DNA from: a virus
IMG/VR virus record: IMGVR_UViG_3300042691_053485
Coordinates: 64,001-128,000 of that record
Reading direction: 5' to 3' (one strand)
Length of the DNA stretch: 64,000 nt
The translations under genes and the position numbers were made by a program. Every line of letters starts with the position of its first letter. Within the stretch, counting starts at the first letter, position 1. Positions 36,901 through 46,261 of the stretch are shown one piece after another. Under the pieces are notes generated by a model. That model saw only the letters and a program-made list of their open reading frames with translations, made no database searches and had not been told where the DNA came from.

Positions 36901-38147
36901 CTGATGAAGATGAAACAAATACTGACCCAAATTCTGATGAACCTTCGGAAATTGACCCTAATATTTTAAAGAAGTTAGTATATACAGAATGTGACTTCTT
37001 TGAATACTTAGAGACTAATTATCCTATTGCATATCAAACCATTAGTGAACGGATAAAATTCTTTTCACCTGCTTATCATTCTATAACACCACAGGGGTTT
37101 AATTCTAGATTAACATTCTTACACCAATGTACAAGGCAAGGTGACTCTATTGGTATGGATGGTGTTGATAATACAAAAAATTTGGCATTTGGTAGGCCAC
37201 CTGTTTGTATTTTAAGGATTGGTGATTTTTACCATACCCGTGTAATTGTAAAAAGTTTAAATATCCAATATTCAGAAAAAATGAATTGGGATTTAAACCC
37301 CGAAGGGATTGGAGTTCAACCAATGTACGCTGATATCACAATGGAATTAGAACTTATTGGTGGTAGTTCTATGACAGCCCCTATAAATAGGCTTCAAAAT
37401 GCTATGAGCTTCAACTTTTATGCAAATACTGAGATGTATGATGCAAGGGCAGATAGTGTTGTCTTAATTGAGCGTTATAATAAAGATGGAACAGTAAACG
37501 AGAAATCTACATTTGGTACGCCGAAGTCCGGGAGAATTGTTGATGGGGTAAAACTTTCATCAATTACTAATTATAGCAAATCGCAACAAGAAGCCCAATT
37601 AGCTAGGATTCGTAAGCAGAGTCGAATTACTTTGGATAATTCTACAACTTCGCTTGTACCAACCAATCAAATTTCAAATTTAGGAGAAGTCGAGTCTTTA
37701 CTTGAAATGAAAAAGCGTTTAGGGTTATCAATGACTAGTGAGGAGAGGATAAAACAATTGACATCTGATTCAACCAAGGGTAAATTTACAAATAGTTCAG
37801 TGAATCCGCAAACTCAAAAGAAGGTTACTGATGGATTAAAGTTATCTCTTGAAGAGGAACGCTCACCTATCAATTTTGCTACAGCCCAATTGATTGAGCG
37901 TGGTGAAGAAAACGATGTCACAAGTTATATCGAAATACTTGACAGTCTTGTTAGTGCAGAAGTTGTTGACCCAAACACTCAAAGCAATGTCACAGTTAAT
38001 ACATCATATAGTGATGTTTTTAATCAATATTTATTTGGGACTATTGGTAATATTCAAGAATATAATGCCCTAAGTGAGGAATATAAACAGCAATTACAAT
38101 TAGAATACATAGATTCTTACAACGCAATTTGGTTAAACGCAGACTAA
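33942..38147 (+). CDS. Baseplate/tube-initiator protein with an OmpA-like insertion
   Basis: MWFPPYNLEI.ESVSANY...GRGEPI.TY and FGRPPVCILRIGDFYHT flank LSKQRADA...SRRVDI. Confidence 0.7.
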   Translation: MGTLLSLIGKNKRDDQQAKNLPPTDDVTENGFSSYLDNYGRSGAIDYSDDTNIESPSVTDVGDIALRDLKELNLNPPDVYERVDFTYNDVSVIDMPEIDEISEEIYLGLSVYNKYATQDYTPIEISNAIGVQNQSENYLDSMNQVLSDLDSRGNTLADIFIGTWNKNDSKIGVIGGEALNRALNVQFADGVNRKILGVLNTNLSSLLSGANLTREDFSITVPKNAVARAAEFAIKLQGVELPFSYLPQDAFGLERIRKEERGKATYVGSDLSISERVNLLLEYTGKAQQKHLFNLLKLNTYHSRIEGRTETLEDTSYIGYVEGFQDSLNAKDFIATYDKIVTTEYGYYEPYGVVSIHKRDVVGEMFSDGFRWVWIDDIKDRNAIGWVNKRGDSVSQAIDSNLGNNFEPKSLLWKTQEILNGSSDVGAFLDLSKKEFYEVIDGETYVISRGDSTTASGDYTDDDGTEIKKGEFFRVFTKQRGYNKLNRTLKHRGLDNGDTRSVLNDNGLVNIAPTRRVLTDDVIKRYMFSLENLAWADHLNDLPECEQGPGDPVTGNRGRIMWFPPYNLEITESVSANYNDTTLIGRGEPIWTYNNTTRSASLSFTIIVDHPDIIHNLVGQKTQYWERYFKGDKLIEADAKAKQQISKRLSPNEIEEIEKRKKIVPVKEKVVDNVKVTPNEKNNEVTKKTNEDVNENKYGKLILSVYFPNSESIVPRSIFTPNRTSVASDSVPDLSISSSELFYKNVGYEDGGIASDFIDRFTTNDGYKIQTRSGIRYFNKAGVIVNKGYTYATYGNARKLIDNSFLVCKGDVDNGPIYGYKDRNNLGLNNKFYYEWQKVFNDEMVQKLKDGKKLKVSFIGNASAATRKSQSTETQYTNNELLSKQRADATRKWYEENVNSLFSALGVPTDGVFIDTSFQGDFLDRVQNILGIDACDECDETDKPACKQSRRVDIYIKDITDELNPPQPIIPSGQTIDDVIGDEEYTPDEDETNTDPNSDEPSEIDPNILKKLVYTECDFFEYLETNYPIAYQTISERIKFFSPAYHSITPQGFNSRLTFLHQCTRQGDSIGMDGVDNTKNLAFGRPPVCILRIGDFYHTRVIVKSLNIQYSEKMNWDLNPEGIGVQPMYADITMELELIGGSSMTAPINRLQNAMSFNFYANTEMYDARADSVVLIERYNKDGTVNEKSTFGTPKSGRIVDGVKLSSITNYSKSQQEAQLARIRKQSRITLDNSTTSLVPTNQISNLGEVESLLEMKKRLGLSMTSEERIKQLTSDSTKGKFTNSSVNPQTQKKVTDGLKLSLEEERSPINFATAQLIERGEENDVTSYIEILDSLVSAEVVDPNTQSNVTVNTSYSDVFNQYLFGTIGNIQEYNALSEEYKQQLQLEYIDSYNAIWLNAD

Positions 38148-38148
38148 T

Positions 38149-38466
38149 ATGGAATACTATAATCGATATACAAAGTTATCCGGAAATGGGGGAATGAAAC
38201 TAATGCCGGGTATCCAAATACCTGAAAAAGCAACCGATAAAATGATTGCATGGAATAAGCAGTTGCATAGGATGGATATTTTAAGTCAGAAATATTATCA
38301 AACTCCAACTGAGGGATATTTGATTATGATGGCAAACATGCAATACGGTACAGATGAATTTGATATACCGGATGGTGCATTGATAAGAATACCATATCCT
38401 TACAAAGCTTCCTTACAAAGCTTTATTGACGAGATGAATAAATACGAATCAAAATTTGGTTTGTAG
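38149..38466 (+). CDS. LysM-like baseplate wedge protein (gp53-like)
   Basis: RMDILSQKYY..P..GYLIMMAN......IPDGALIRIPYP. Confidence 0.75.
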   Translation: MEYYNRYTKLSGNGGMKLMPGIQIPEKATDKMIAWNKQLHRMDILSQKYYQTPTEGYLIMMANMQYGTDEFDIPDGALIRIPYPYKASLQSFIDEMNKYESKFGL

Positions 38467-38491
38467 ATTATGGACTTAAATTAGAATAAAA

Positions 38492-41400
38492 ATGGCTGAT
38501 AATATAGAGGTTATCTCAAATGAGAATTTTTTTACGGTTGTTGTTGACCCAAATGGTATAAATAAGGATAATGTTACACCTGAAGACTTGTTTATATATG
38601 TAGATTTTAGAGCTTTACCAAAAAGTCGTTCTGTAATCGAAACAGATGGCACGTACTATTCAGAATTTTTTGAAAAGAAAGGTATTAGCTTTATCGCTAG
38701 CACTGAGCAAAATGGCAAAGGGTACTTGACAACCAATTATACAAATATTGGTGGGACAAGCCCAACAGAAAAGGAAGCTTTTGGTATAGAAAGTATCTCA
38801 ATGGAATATGGAGCATCATTAGCACCAACATTTAAGATAAAATTCATCGATGTTCGTGGGGCGGGGCTTTTTAATGGTTATGAAAGAGTTGATGCCGAAG
38901 GTAACTTATACAACAATTCTGAATTTGCGGTTTTCTTTAGCTTACCTTATCCATTATTCCAATTGACAATCAAAGGATATTATGGAAAAGCTGTAACTTA
39001 CTGTTTACATCTAATGAACTATAATGCTTCTTTTGATTCTGAAACCGGGAATTTTGTGATTGATGCAACATTCCAAGGTTATACATTTGCTTTTTTAACA
39101 GATATCCTGTTAGGTTATGTTATGGCGTTAAATTCTACGGAAATTGGCACAAAACAATTAGAAAGTAGAAATATCCCAAGCATTTCAAAATTCATTGGAA
39201 GTTTAGGTCAACTCACAAGAATAACTGAAAAGTTCAAAAGTGATGACAAATCTTATTTGGAGCTAAAATATATCAACTCTCTCCTATTCCAAGTTGATAA
39301 AATAATAAAGGTTATCGGATTGCCGATGACTAAATCTAACTATTCATCTTTTGGAAACCCATTGCTAATTCCACAATTAAAACAAAATGTTGACCAAGCA
39401 TTTGTAAGGGATGTTGGTATCTTTTCGGAGGAGAGGAGGGCAACTCATATCCAAATTGTCGAAGATATTGAAAAATTTATAAAGGAGTACAATGACTTTA
39501 TTGCTAAGAATTTGTCTACTTATGCTTATTCAAATGAGTATAAAATAGATAAATTCGATGTGAAAACACCTCAATTAGCATATTCAATTGATTCAAACTT
39601 TGCAACGATTATTACCAATGAAGCCTTAAAGGATGGGCTTTCAAATGACCCGAATATCATAACAGCAGATGCACTTCGAAGTAGATTAAATTTGCCGGTA
39701 AACACCGCTAAAAAGTTCTTTTTGGTTAATTATCACGAATTTAGAAAAGAAATTTCGGAATTGTTTGAGGATTTAAAAAAGAAGAAAGCAGATGTTGAAG
39801 TAGTTGTAAATCAAAATCTAAATAAGGAGCTTGCTAAGGAGCTTGGGTTTGACCTTAGTATTCAAAATGTTTTTAATATTCTTATTGGGAATGTTGAATC
39901 TTTTTTAGAAATTGTATATGCAATTTCTGTTGCTGCTGACAACCCGGATATTCAAAGTGGAAGGTTAGTTGGACTTAGAAATACGAGGAGCGATATTCCC
40001 AATTCTATTAATCGGATATATCCCTTCCCTGCGGTATTCAATGCTGTTGGTGAGGAAATATGGTTAGGCGATTTGGTTGGAGAGGAAAATCCTAATTTTC
40101 CGGAGTTGCAATTAGTGAAGCAGGTATTAAACTCAATGCTTGCATCTAATAACCAAGTCACGAATTCCAACGAACAAAAAGTTTATCAAAATACAGTTGG
40201 TATTAGTGGTGATAGTTGGGTGCCTGTTAGTCCGACCGATATATCTGCCCCTTATGTAAATATAAATAATGTTTCAAGTGCCGGAACAGTTTTACCTGAA
40301 TCATTTTATATTGAGATAATTGATAGAATTTTGAAGGCTTATAATAGTAATAATTACAGTAATTCGACTATCAATTACATTAGCCAATTTGAGGCTGCCT
40401 ACGCATTTTTTAAAACAAATGAAGCTACGATTAAAAATGTTTTAAATAATGTTGATAAGGCAGTATTTGTCTCATCTGCCCTTTCAGCGGTGAATTCAAA
40501 TAATGGGTATATTGTTGACGGGGCTGGCATCAGAAAGACTTCAAATGAATCAGTGTTGATTGGCTCTAGTGAAGGGTTTGGAGATGATTCAGAAATTAAG
40601 AAATTATTAACAAGCGGTAAAAGGAATTTAGTACAAACGGTATCAAAATCAATTGAATCTACGAAACTTTCAATTGAAGATATTTTAATTCCTACGAATT
40701 TAAAGGATTTACATCGCCAAGTTGATAAGAATTCTTATACGGTCAAGGGGGATTTATCACCAATTCTTTGGGATGGCAATGTGCTAAAGAATATTTCTAA
40801 ATTCTATAAAAGTAAAACTAGTAACGACCTCGATAAAAAGAAGTCTTATTATGCACCAATCATTAGTATTATTACAGATTTAGCGATTTTTGATGGAAGA
40901 TTAAACAGCAGTACAGACTTTACAGAAACTGATGCAAAATATTCCAATTTAAGTAGGGATAATATTGCCTTTGGGTTACTTTCTTTTGATGGTAAGAAGT
41001 TTCTTTTGGATACTCCATACTATACATTTGCAGAATCTGAGGAAGCAGCATACTTGTTTTTACACTCTCTACCATTTAGTAATATTTCTAGCTTTTATAA
41101 AGCTTTTGATGTAGGCGGGTCTGTAAAAATTGGTGAATTGCAAATGGCTTGGGTTGCTGCACAATTTTGGTTAGCAGTTTATAAAAAAAGTAATAATTCA
41201 GATTTTTTAAGTGGTCTTTTGAATCGTATGATTTCAAATGGAGCGATAGCTTCTAATGAAATTGCAATATATTCTTCTGAATTTTCAAAACTTTCTTTGG
41301 AATTTAATAAGGATTTACCATTTTTAGAAGATTTCGAGCCTTCATTTGTACAAAAAATGGTGAAGTGGTATCAAGATTGGGTTTCAAAAGTATACATTCC

Positions 41401-43852
41401 TATTCCGGATATCACCCTTAGTGAAGAGAGTATTAACAATGCGGTTGAAAGCCGAATCGGAAACTACAACAAGTTTTACGGATTGGGGGGAGGGAGCTCA
41501 ACATCTGCATATCATCAAGCATTCAGGGCTTCCTATGATGAAATATTGGAACTTTTTACAACCACAATAGACTTGGTTATTATCGATAGAAATTCAATCT
41601 TCTCTCAGAAAAAATACATGAGTGAGGCAACATTGGAGGAGTCGATTATAAAGTGGATAGCAACATATAAGAAAATTATTCTTGAGAATGGAAATGGAGG
41701 ATACTCAACAAATATTAATATCAACGATTTTCCTGCACAACCATACAATACGAATGACAAAGATTTGAAAATTGCGACATATCGACATTTAAAAACACTT
41801 TATGATAAATGGATTGCAGGCAGCCGTGATGGTAAAGTGTTTAACGCATGCTCTTTTGGTGGAACATTAAATAACGGGAAGAGTTTAATTGACAGATTCC
41901 ACTTTGTGGACAAGGCTTTTAGACCAATCGGTAATGAAGCAATTATCAATCCTAAGCCACTAATGGTTTTATCTGAGCAACCTGATATTAATCTATATAC
42001 ATTAATAGGTTCATTAACCAGAGATTCAGGATTTGACTTTCATGTTTTACCGTCTTGGGTAAATTATAAAAATCCTGTGGAAGCCTCTGAAATGTGGAAG
42101 CCGCAAACTACAATAGATAATAGTAACTCCGGGGCTTCTTACATCTGTATGTATGTCGGTGGTTCTTCAAAAGTGTTAGACTTAGGTAAAAATTCTTTGT
42201 ACGCAAATGATGGCTTTGATTTAAGAACTTATGATTTCGAAAGTATCCCTGAAGGATTCAAAAATCGAATCCCGATTAACACTCAAAATGTCCCAACTGA
42301 TAAGGATAAGTACAATATGGTGGCATTCAGGGTTGGGTATGCAGACCAAAATCAAGGGATTTTTAAAGGGATTGCCTTAAATCAAGAAGAACACCGAGAA
42401 ACTGCTGAGTCAATACAAGCTACCACAGATGCTATCGATAACCGTGGAGGTACAAAACGAATGTACAAGGGGGTAAACTTGTACAATATTTATGCGATAA
42501 GGAGTTATAAGTGTACAGTTAGGTCAATGGGTAATATGATGGTTCATCCTTTGAATTATTTCCAATTGGATAATGTTCCATTTTTCCACGGAGCTTATCT
42601 GATAACTTCTGTAAAGCATGATATTACAGCACATAATGTGGAAACTGAATTTTCAGGGTTACGAATGCCGAGATTTAACTTTCCAATAGTGAATAGTGCA
42701 ACGACTTATGTCAATATTCCTCTTTCAGACACGCTGTTTAGTATCGAGGAGCAAAATCGCTCGATATTAAGACCGTTAGGAGGGGAAAGTTATTCAGAGC
42801 CGGAAATCAATGAGAAGAAAAAGCCTGCTAAAAATGGGGGTATCATTGGTGGGGCTTTAGATTACATAGGCGGTTTGTTTGGTAACAGCTCAACTTCAGT
42901 GCCTTCTACTGTAACAGAAATCGTAACAGATTTGAATAATAAAGAAATCATACTTGATTCAGAATTGAGTGGACTTTCAAACAATCAAATGTCATTGATT
43001 CCGGGCTATGTACCATTTATATCTAAATCAAACTTGGATAGAGGTGGGCTGTGGGCAACTGCACCTATAAGTAAAGTACTCGCACTTGACATTAACATCT
43101 CTGATACTGAATATACCAAGTTAATACAGAAGAATAAGAATCCTGATACCTCTGCTTCGAATATTCAAATTGCAACTAGACAAGTCGTTGCATCATCAAA
43201 GTTTAATGTTTTTGATAAGTATATTTCGACAAAACGCGGAACAGGGTATCTAAGAGGTAAATCGAGAGTCGCAAGACCATTGGGGACAAAGACTGAGATG
43301 GATAAAGTATACGGATTCGTAGACGCAAGCAAAATGCCTGAGTGGCCGTTAAAGAGTGGAGTATCTTTAGACCCCAACGACCCAACAAGGATTGCATTTA
43401 TGAATCAAAACATTGCGATTTTTAACAGCCCTTATGAACTTAAAATACCTCTCGGAAACTTAAAAAACGGTAGATTTCAATACACTCAAGGTTCTAAAAA
43501 GATGTATCTCCATAGAAGTGTTGGTGATTCTTTAGTTGTTGCACTAAAGGAGGTTTTAGATTTCTATGGAATTGATAATATAAAGGCATTAGGATTAGAT
43601 ATTTGGGCTGGTTCGTTTGTTTGGAGACAGCAAACAAGGTCAAAGGGTGTTCCATCGACACACGCCTATGGAGTTGCAGTTGACTTTGGTTCGATATCAA
43701 ATGCTTATGAGTGGACTGGCAAAAATAATGATGCACTGTTTAGTCAAGACATTTATATTCCATTTTTGGATATTTTGGAAAAATATGGATGGTACAATAA
43801 TGGAAGATATTACGGATTAGACTGGATGCACTTCCAAGCAGTTTGCTATTAA
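38492..43852 (+). CDS. Baseplate hub protein with a C-terminal M15 peptidase (tail lysin)
   Basis: N-terminal hub motifs (FGIESISM..IKFIDVRG...LTIKGYYGKAV); C-terminal R..PSTHAYGVAVDF...DWMHFQ. Confidence 0.8.
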   Translation: MADNIEVISNENFFTVVVDPNGINKDNVTPEDLFIYVDFRALPKSRSVIETDGTYYSEFFEKKGISFIASTEQNGKGYLTTNYTNIGGTSPTEKEAFGIESISMEYGASLAPTFKIKFIDVRGAGLFNGYERVDAEGNLYNNSEFAVFFSLPYPLFQLTIKGYYGKAVTYCLHLMNYNASFDSETGNFVIDATFQGYTFAFLTDILLGYVMALNSTEIGTKQLESRNIPSISKFIGSLGQLTRITEKFKSDDKSYLELKYINSLLFQVDKIIKVIGLPMTKSNYSSFGNPLLIPQLKQNVDQAFVRDVGIFSEERRATHIQIVEDIEKFIKEYNDFIAKNLSTYAYSNEYKIDKFDVKTPQLAYSIDSNFATIITNEALKDGLSNDPNIITADALRSRLNLPVNTAKKFFLVNYHEFRKEISELFEDLKKKKADVEVVVNQNLNKELAKELGFDLSIQNVFNILIGNVESFLEIVYAISVAADNPDIQSGRLVGLRNTRSDIPNSINRIYPFPAVFNAVGEEIWLGDLVGEENPNFPELQLVKQVLNSMLASNNQVTNSNEQKVYQNTVGISGDSWVPVSPTDISAPYVNINNVSSAGTVLPESFYIEIIDRILKAYNSNNYSNSTINYISQFEAAYAFFKTNEATIKNVLNNVDKAVFVSSALSAVNSNNGYIVDGAGIRKTSNESVLIGSSEGFGDDSEIKKLLTSGKRNLVQTVSKSIESTKLSIEDILIPTNLKDLHRQVDKNSYTVKGDLSPILWDGNVLKNISKFYKSKTSNDLDKKKSYYAPIISIITDLAIFDGRLNSSTDFTETDAKYSNLSRDNIAFGLLSFDGKKFLLDTPYYTFAESEEAAYLFLHSLPFSNISSFYKAFDVGGSVKIGELQMAWVAAQFWLAVYKKSNNSDFLSGLLNRMISNGAIASNEIAIYSSEFSKLSLEFNKDLPFLEDFEPSFVQKMVKWYQDWVSKVYIPIPDITLSEESINNAVESRIGNYNKFYGLGGGSSTSAYHQAFRASYDEILELFTTTIDLVIIDRNSIFSQKKYMSEATLEESIIKWIATYKKIILENGNGGYSTNININDFPAQPYNTNDKDLKIATYRHLKTLYDKWIAGSRDGKVFNACSFGGTLNNGKSLIDRFHFVDKAFRPIGNEAIINPKPLMVLSEQPDINLYTLIGSLTRDSGFDFHVLPSWVNYKNPVEASEMWKPQTTIDNSNSGASYICMYVGGSSKVLDLGKNSLYANDGFDLRTYDFESIPEGFKNRIPINTQNVPTDKDKYNMVAFRVGYADQNQGIFKGIALNQEEHRETAESIQATTDAIDNRGGTKRMYKGVNLYNIYAIRSYKCTVRSMGNMMVHPLNYFQLDNVPFFHGAYLITSVKHDITAHNVETEFSGLRMPRFNFPIVNSATTYVNIPLSDTLFSIEEQNRSILRPLGGESYSEPEINEKKKPAKNGGIIGGALDYIGGLFGNSSTSVPSTVTEIVTDLNNKEIILDSELSGLSNNQMSLIPGYVPFISKSNLDRGGLWATAPISKVLALDINISDTEYTKLIQKNKNPDTSASNIQIATRQVVASSKFNVFDKYISTKRGTGYLRGKSRVARPLGTKTEMDKVYGFVDASKMPEWPLKSGVSLDPNDPTRIAFMNQNIAIFNSPYELKIPLGNLKNGRFQYTQGSKKMYLHRSVGDSLVVALKEVLDFYGIDNIKALGLDIWAGSFVWRQQTRSKGVPSTHAYGVAVDFGSISNAYEWTGKNNDALFSQDIYIPFLDILEKYGWYNNGRYYGLDWMHFQAVCY

Positions 43853-43864
43853 ACAAAATCAAAT

Positions 43865-44620
43865 ATGTTTACCTATACTCTATCAAAAGAAAGTTTTGAT
43901 TCTCAATTGAAAACGTCATTTTCACCAAATGTGTTGAACTTATTCGGAACTCCACCATATCAATCTTATCTTTGGGTTAAAAATGCACTTAATCAATTGG
44001 GAATCAATTTCGATGACCAACTAAATTCTGTCTATCGTATGTTCTCTGCAATACCTGACACTAAAATAAGGTTTTTAAAAGAGGATGTCTTCCGTAATGC
44101 TTTAAATTCATCATTTGAAAATATAAAACTTTCAAATGAAATTCCTGAGTTTTCTTTGGTTTTTGGTTATTTCCCGGGAACTGCAACCGTATTCCGTGCA
44201 ATAGATGAAATGATTTTTTGGCAAACATCTCCATTCAAACAGCAGATGCTTAAAAAATACCTTTCATTTGAAACTATGCCAATTTCAATTGATAATCAAT
44301 ATGATTGGAGTGATTCAACACCTTTGAATAATCTTAAATTTTCAGAAGAAGGTTATAAAACTCGTTGGGATTTTGTAAAAAATAAGGATTTGATTGGTAA
44401 AAAAATTCCTTTTGTGCCAATCAACCACATTGGAATTTTTAAGGAAAAACATTTGTTTCATCTATGTTCAACGCTAAATACTACTCCAACTAAAAATCTT
44501 CGAGTAGTTGCATTTTTGCCGCTTTATGATTATTATGATAAATCGCCAAGCACAATTATGTTGAATAATAGTAATAATATTTCTAACGTGGGAAACATAC
44601 TTAACCAATTCAACCTATGA
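43865..44620 (+). CDS. Hypothetical protein
   Basis: 251-aa ORF in operon. Confidence 0.7.
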   Translation: MFTYTLSKESFDSQLKTSFSPNVLNLFGTPPYQSYLWVKNALNQLGINFDDQLNSVYRMFSAIPDTKIRFLKEDVFRNALNSSFENIKLSNEIPEFSLVFGYFPGTATVFRAIDEMIFWQTSPFKQQMLKKYLSFETMPISIDNQYDWSDSTPLNNLKFSEEGYKTRWDFVKNKDLIGKKIPFVPINHIGIFKEKHLFHLCSTLNTTPTKNLRVVAFLPLYDYYDKSPSTIMLNNSNNISNVGNILNQFNL

Positions 44621-45144
44621 TTATTGGACACATTGTTTGTGATAGTGAAATTAAAATGACAGGCTTTTCACATAGTTTTGATTTTCAATTTAAAAAAGGA
44701 ATTCCAACAATAATAGTGGGTTGGAAAGTTGCAAAACTGATAGGTGGTGGAACATTTAACATCAATAATATGCAAATCGACGATGATTTGTTTTGGTCTG
44801 TTGAGGAGAGTGTAAATCGAGACCTTTATCTTTCAAATATTGAACAGTTTAAGGCAATGTGTATTAACAAAGTCATTTCAAGTTATAAAATAGAGTACTT
44901 TGATTTATGGCTTAAAGAGGCATCTGAACTAGATTTCAGTGACGTGAAACTTGTACTTTCGAGAGCTAATAATTACTATATGAGGAAAATGAAAAGTATA
45001 GTAATAGTATCAAAAGATTTAGATGAGAAGTTCGGTAAGCTCATTATTTCACAAATCAATTCTTCGGGGGTAAGAGTTATAAAAAATACTTTGAACCCGT
45101 TTAAGGTAGAAGACAGGCATTTACTGTGTTTTTTCGAACTTTGA
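44617..45144 (+). CDS. Hypothetical protein
   Basis: 175 aa, ATGA-coupled; GIPTIIVGW. Confidence 0.7.
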   Translation: MIIGHIVCDSEIKMTGFSHSFDFQFKKGIPTIIVGWKVAKLIGGGTFNINNMQIDDDLFWSVEESVNRDLYLSNIEQFKAMCINKVISSYKIEYFDLWLKEASELDFSDVKLVLSRANNYYMRKMKSIVIVSKDLDEKFGKLIISQINSSGVRVIKNTLNPFKVEDRHLLCFFEL

Positions 45145-45145
45145 A

Positions 45146-45153
45146 TATTTATA
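45146..45153 (+). promoter_or_regulatory. TATTTATA putative late promoter
   Basis: Exact motif upstream of 45170. Confidence 0.6.
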
Positions 45154-45169
45154 TAAAAACTATAAAACT

Positions 45170-45301
45170 ATGTGCAACCCTAATTTCAAAGACCAATGCT
45201 TTCAAGGCGGATACACTGCCACAACAAAAACAAATTACACAAAAGAACAAGATGTTTATCCAAATATCTTATCTTTCTTCTTTGCAAAATTCACAGTATA
45301 A
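45170..45301 (+). CDS. Unannotated 43-aa CNPNxKDxCF protein
   Basis: MCNPNFKDQCFQGGYTATTKTNYTKEQDVYPNILSFFFAKFTV; TAATG-coupled to the next gene; paralogue at 59763. Confidence 0.75.
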   Translation: MCNPNFKDQCFQGGYTATTKTNYTKEQDVYPNILSFFFAKFTV

Positions 45302-45474
45302 TGGAACTCGAAAAGAAATTCAATTCCTTTCTGAATAAGGATGAAGCCAACAGCGGCGAAAAAAAAGACGTTAAGAACGTCGAGAAAAAAGTAAAACAAG
45401 ATAAAGATTCCGAAATCGTTGAACAAGTAAATAAAAAGCTTGTTATGGAGGACGGAAGACAACTCTTAATGTAA
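45301..45474 (+). CDS. 57-aa hypothetical protein
   Basis: MELEKKFNSFLNK...KKLVMEDGRQLLM; TAATG coupling at both ends. Confidence 0.7.
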   Translation: MELEKKFNSFLNKDEANSGEKKDVKNVEKKVKQDKDSEIVEQVNKKLVMEDGRQLLM

Positions 45475-46169
45475 TGGACTTAAAAAAAATATCTGAAAGG
45501 CTCAGACTAATTTCTGAGTACTCATACTATTTCCCTAAACTCAATGAGGAGGGTGAAGAGGATGCAACAACTTCTGATGCTAGCGGGGAAACTCAAACCC
45601 TAGAAGCCGGAGATGATTTGGAACTATCCGATGAATCACTTCCCGGACTTGACGATTTGGAAAGCGCAGATGTGACAGACGAAGTTGTTCCTGGTGATGA
45701 CATTGAATCAAGCGATGAAGAAGTCGAAATTGATGTGAGTGAAATTGTCGACTCTGTCGAACAGGGTAATGAAGCAGTAGGCGAAGTTGATGCAAAGGTT
45801 TCCAATATGGGAACAGAGTTTTCGAACTTTGTTGCATCAATGCAGCAACAAAACCAACAATTGGCAAACCAACTTGCTGCACTAGAAAAGGAAATGAAAC
45901 AAGAACTTGTCAAGCGTAACCCTACACCTCATGAACAATTGATGCTCAGGTCGATGTCTTCTTACCCATACAATGTTCCATTGTCAGACTATTGGAAACC
46001 AACACCAAGTCAACCTACAGGTTATGAGATTATGAATCCCAACAAAACTGAGGACAAATTTGATGTAAAAGTCACTAAAACACCTGATAATCAAGAGGAT
46101 GAATTTATCTTAACCGACGATGACATTGATGACAACTATAACGAGTGGGACATTAAAAAATCAATTTAA
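45474..46169 (+). CDS. Acidic coiled-coil protein (prohead core/scaffold-like)
   Basis: RLISEY..LNEEGEE, Asp/Glu-rich, coiled coil QQQNQQLANQLAALEKE. Confidence 0.5.
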   Translation: MDLKKISERLRLISEYSYYFPKLNEEGEEDATTSDASGETQTLEAGDDLELSDESLPGLDDLESADVTDEVVPGDDIESSDEEVEIDVSEIVDSVEQGNEAVGEVDAKVSNMGTEFSNFVASMQQQNQQLANQLAALEKEMKQELVKRNPTPHEQLMLRSMSSYPYNVPLSDYWKPTPSQPTGYEIMNPNKTEDKFDVKVTKTPDNQEDEFILTDDDIDDNYNEWDIKKSI

Positions 46170-46261
46170 TCTGCATTTAAATGAACTTTTAATCAACATC
46201 TTTTGTTATATAAGCAACTTATAATAACATTTATAATAACAACTAAAAATTAACAACTATT

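Noticed and set aside
45126-45338. Track ORFs 45126-45338 and the 45196 start
   Set aside because: The TAATG-coupled 45170-45301 and 45301-45474 ORFs explain the region better.
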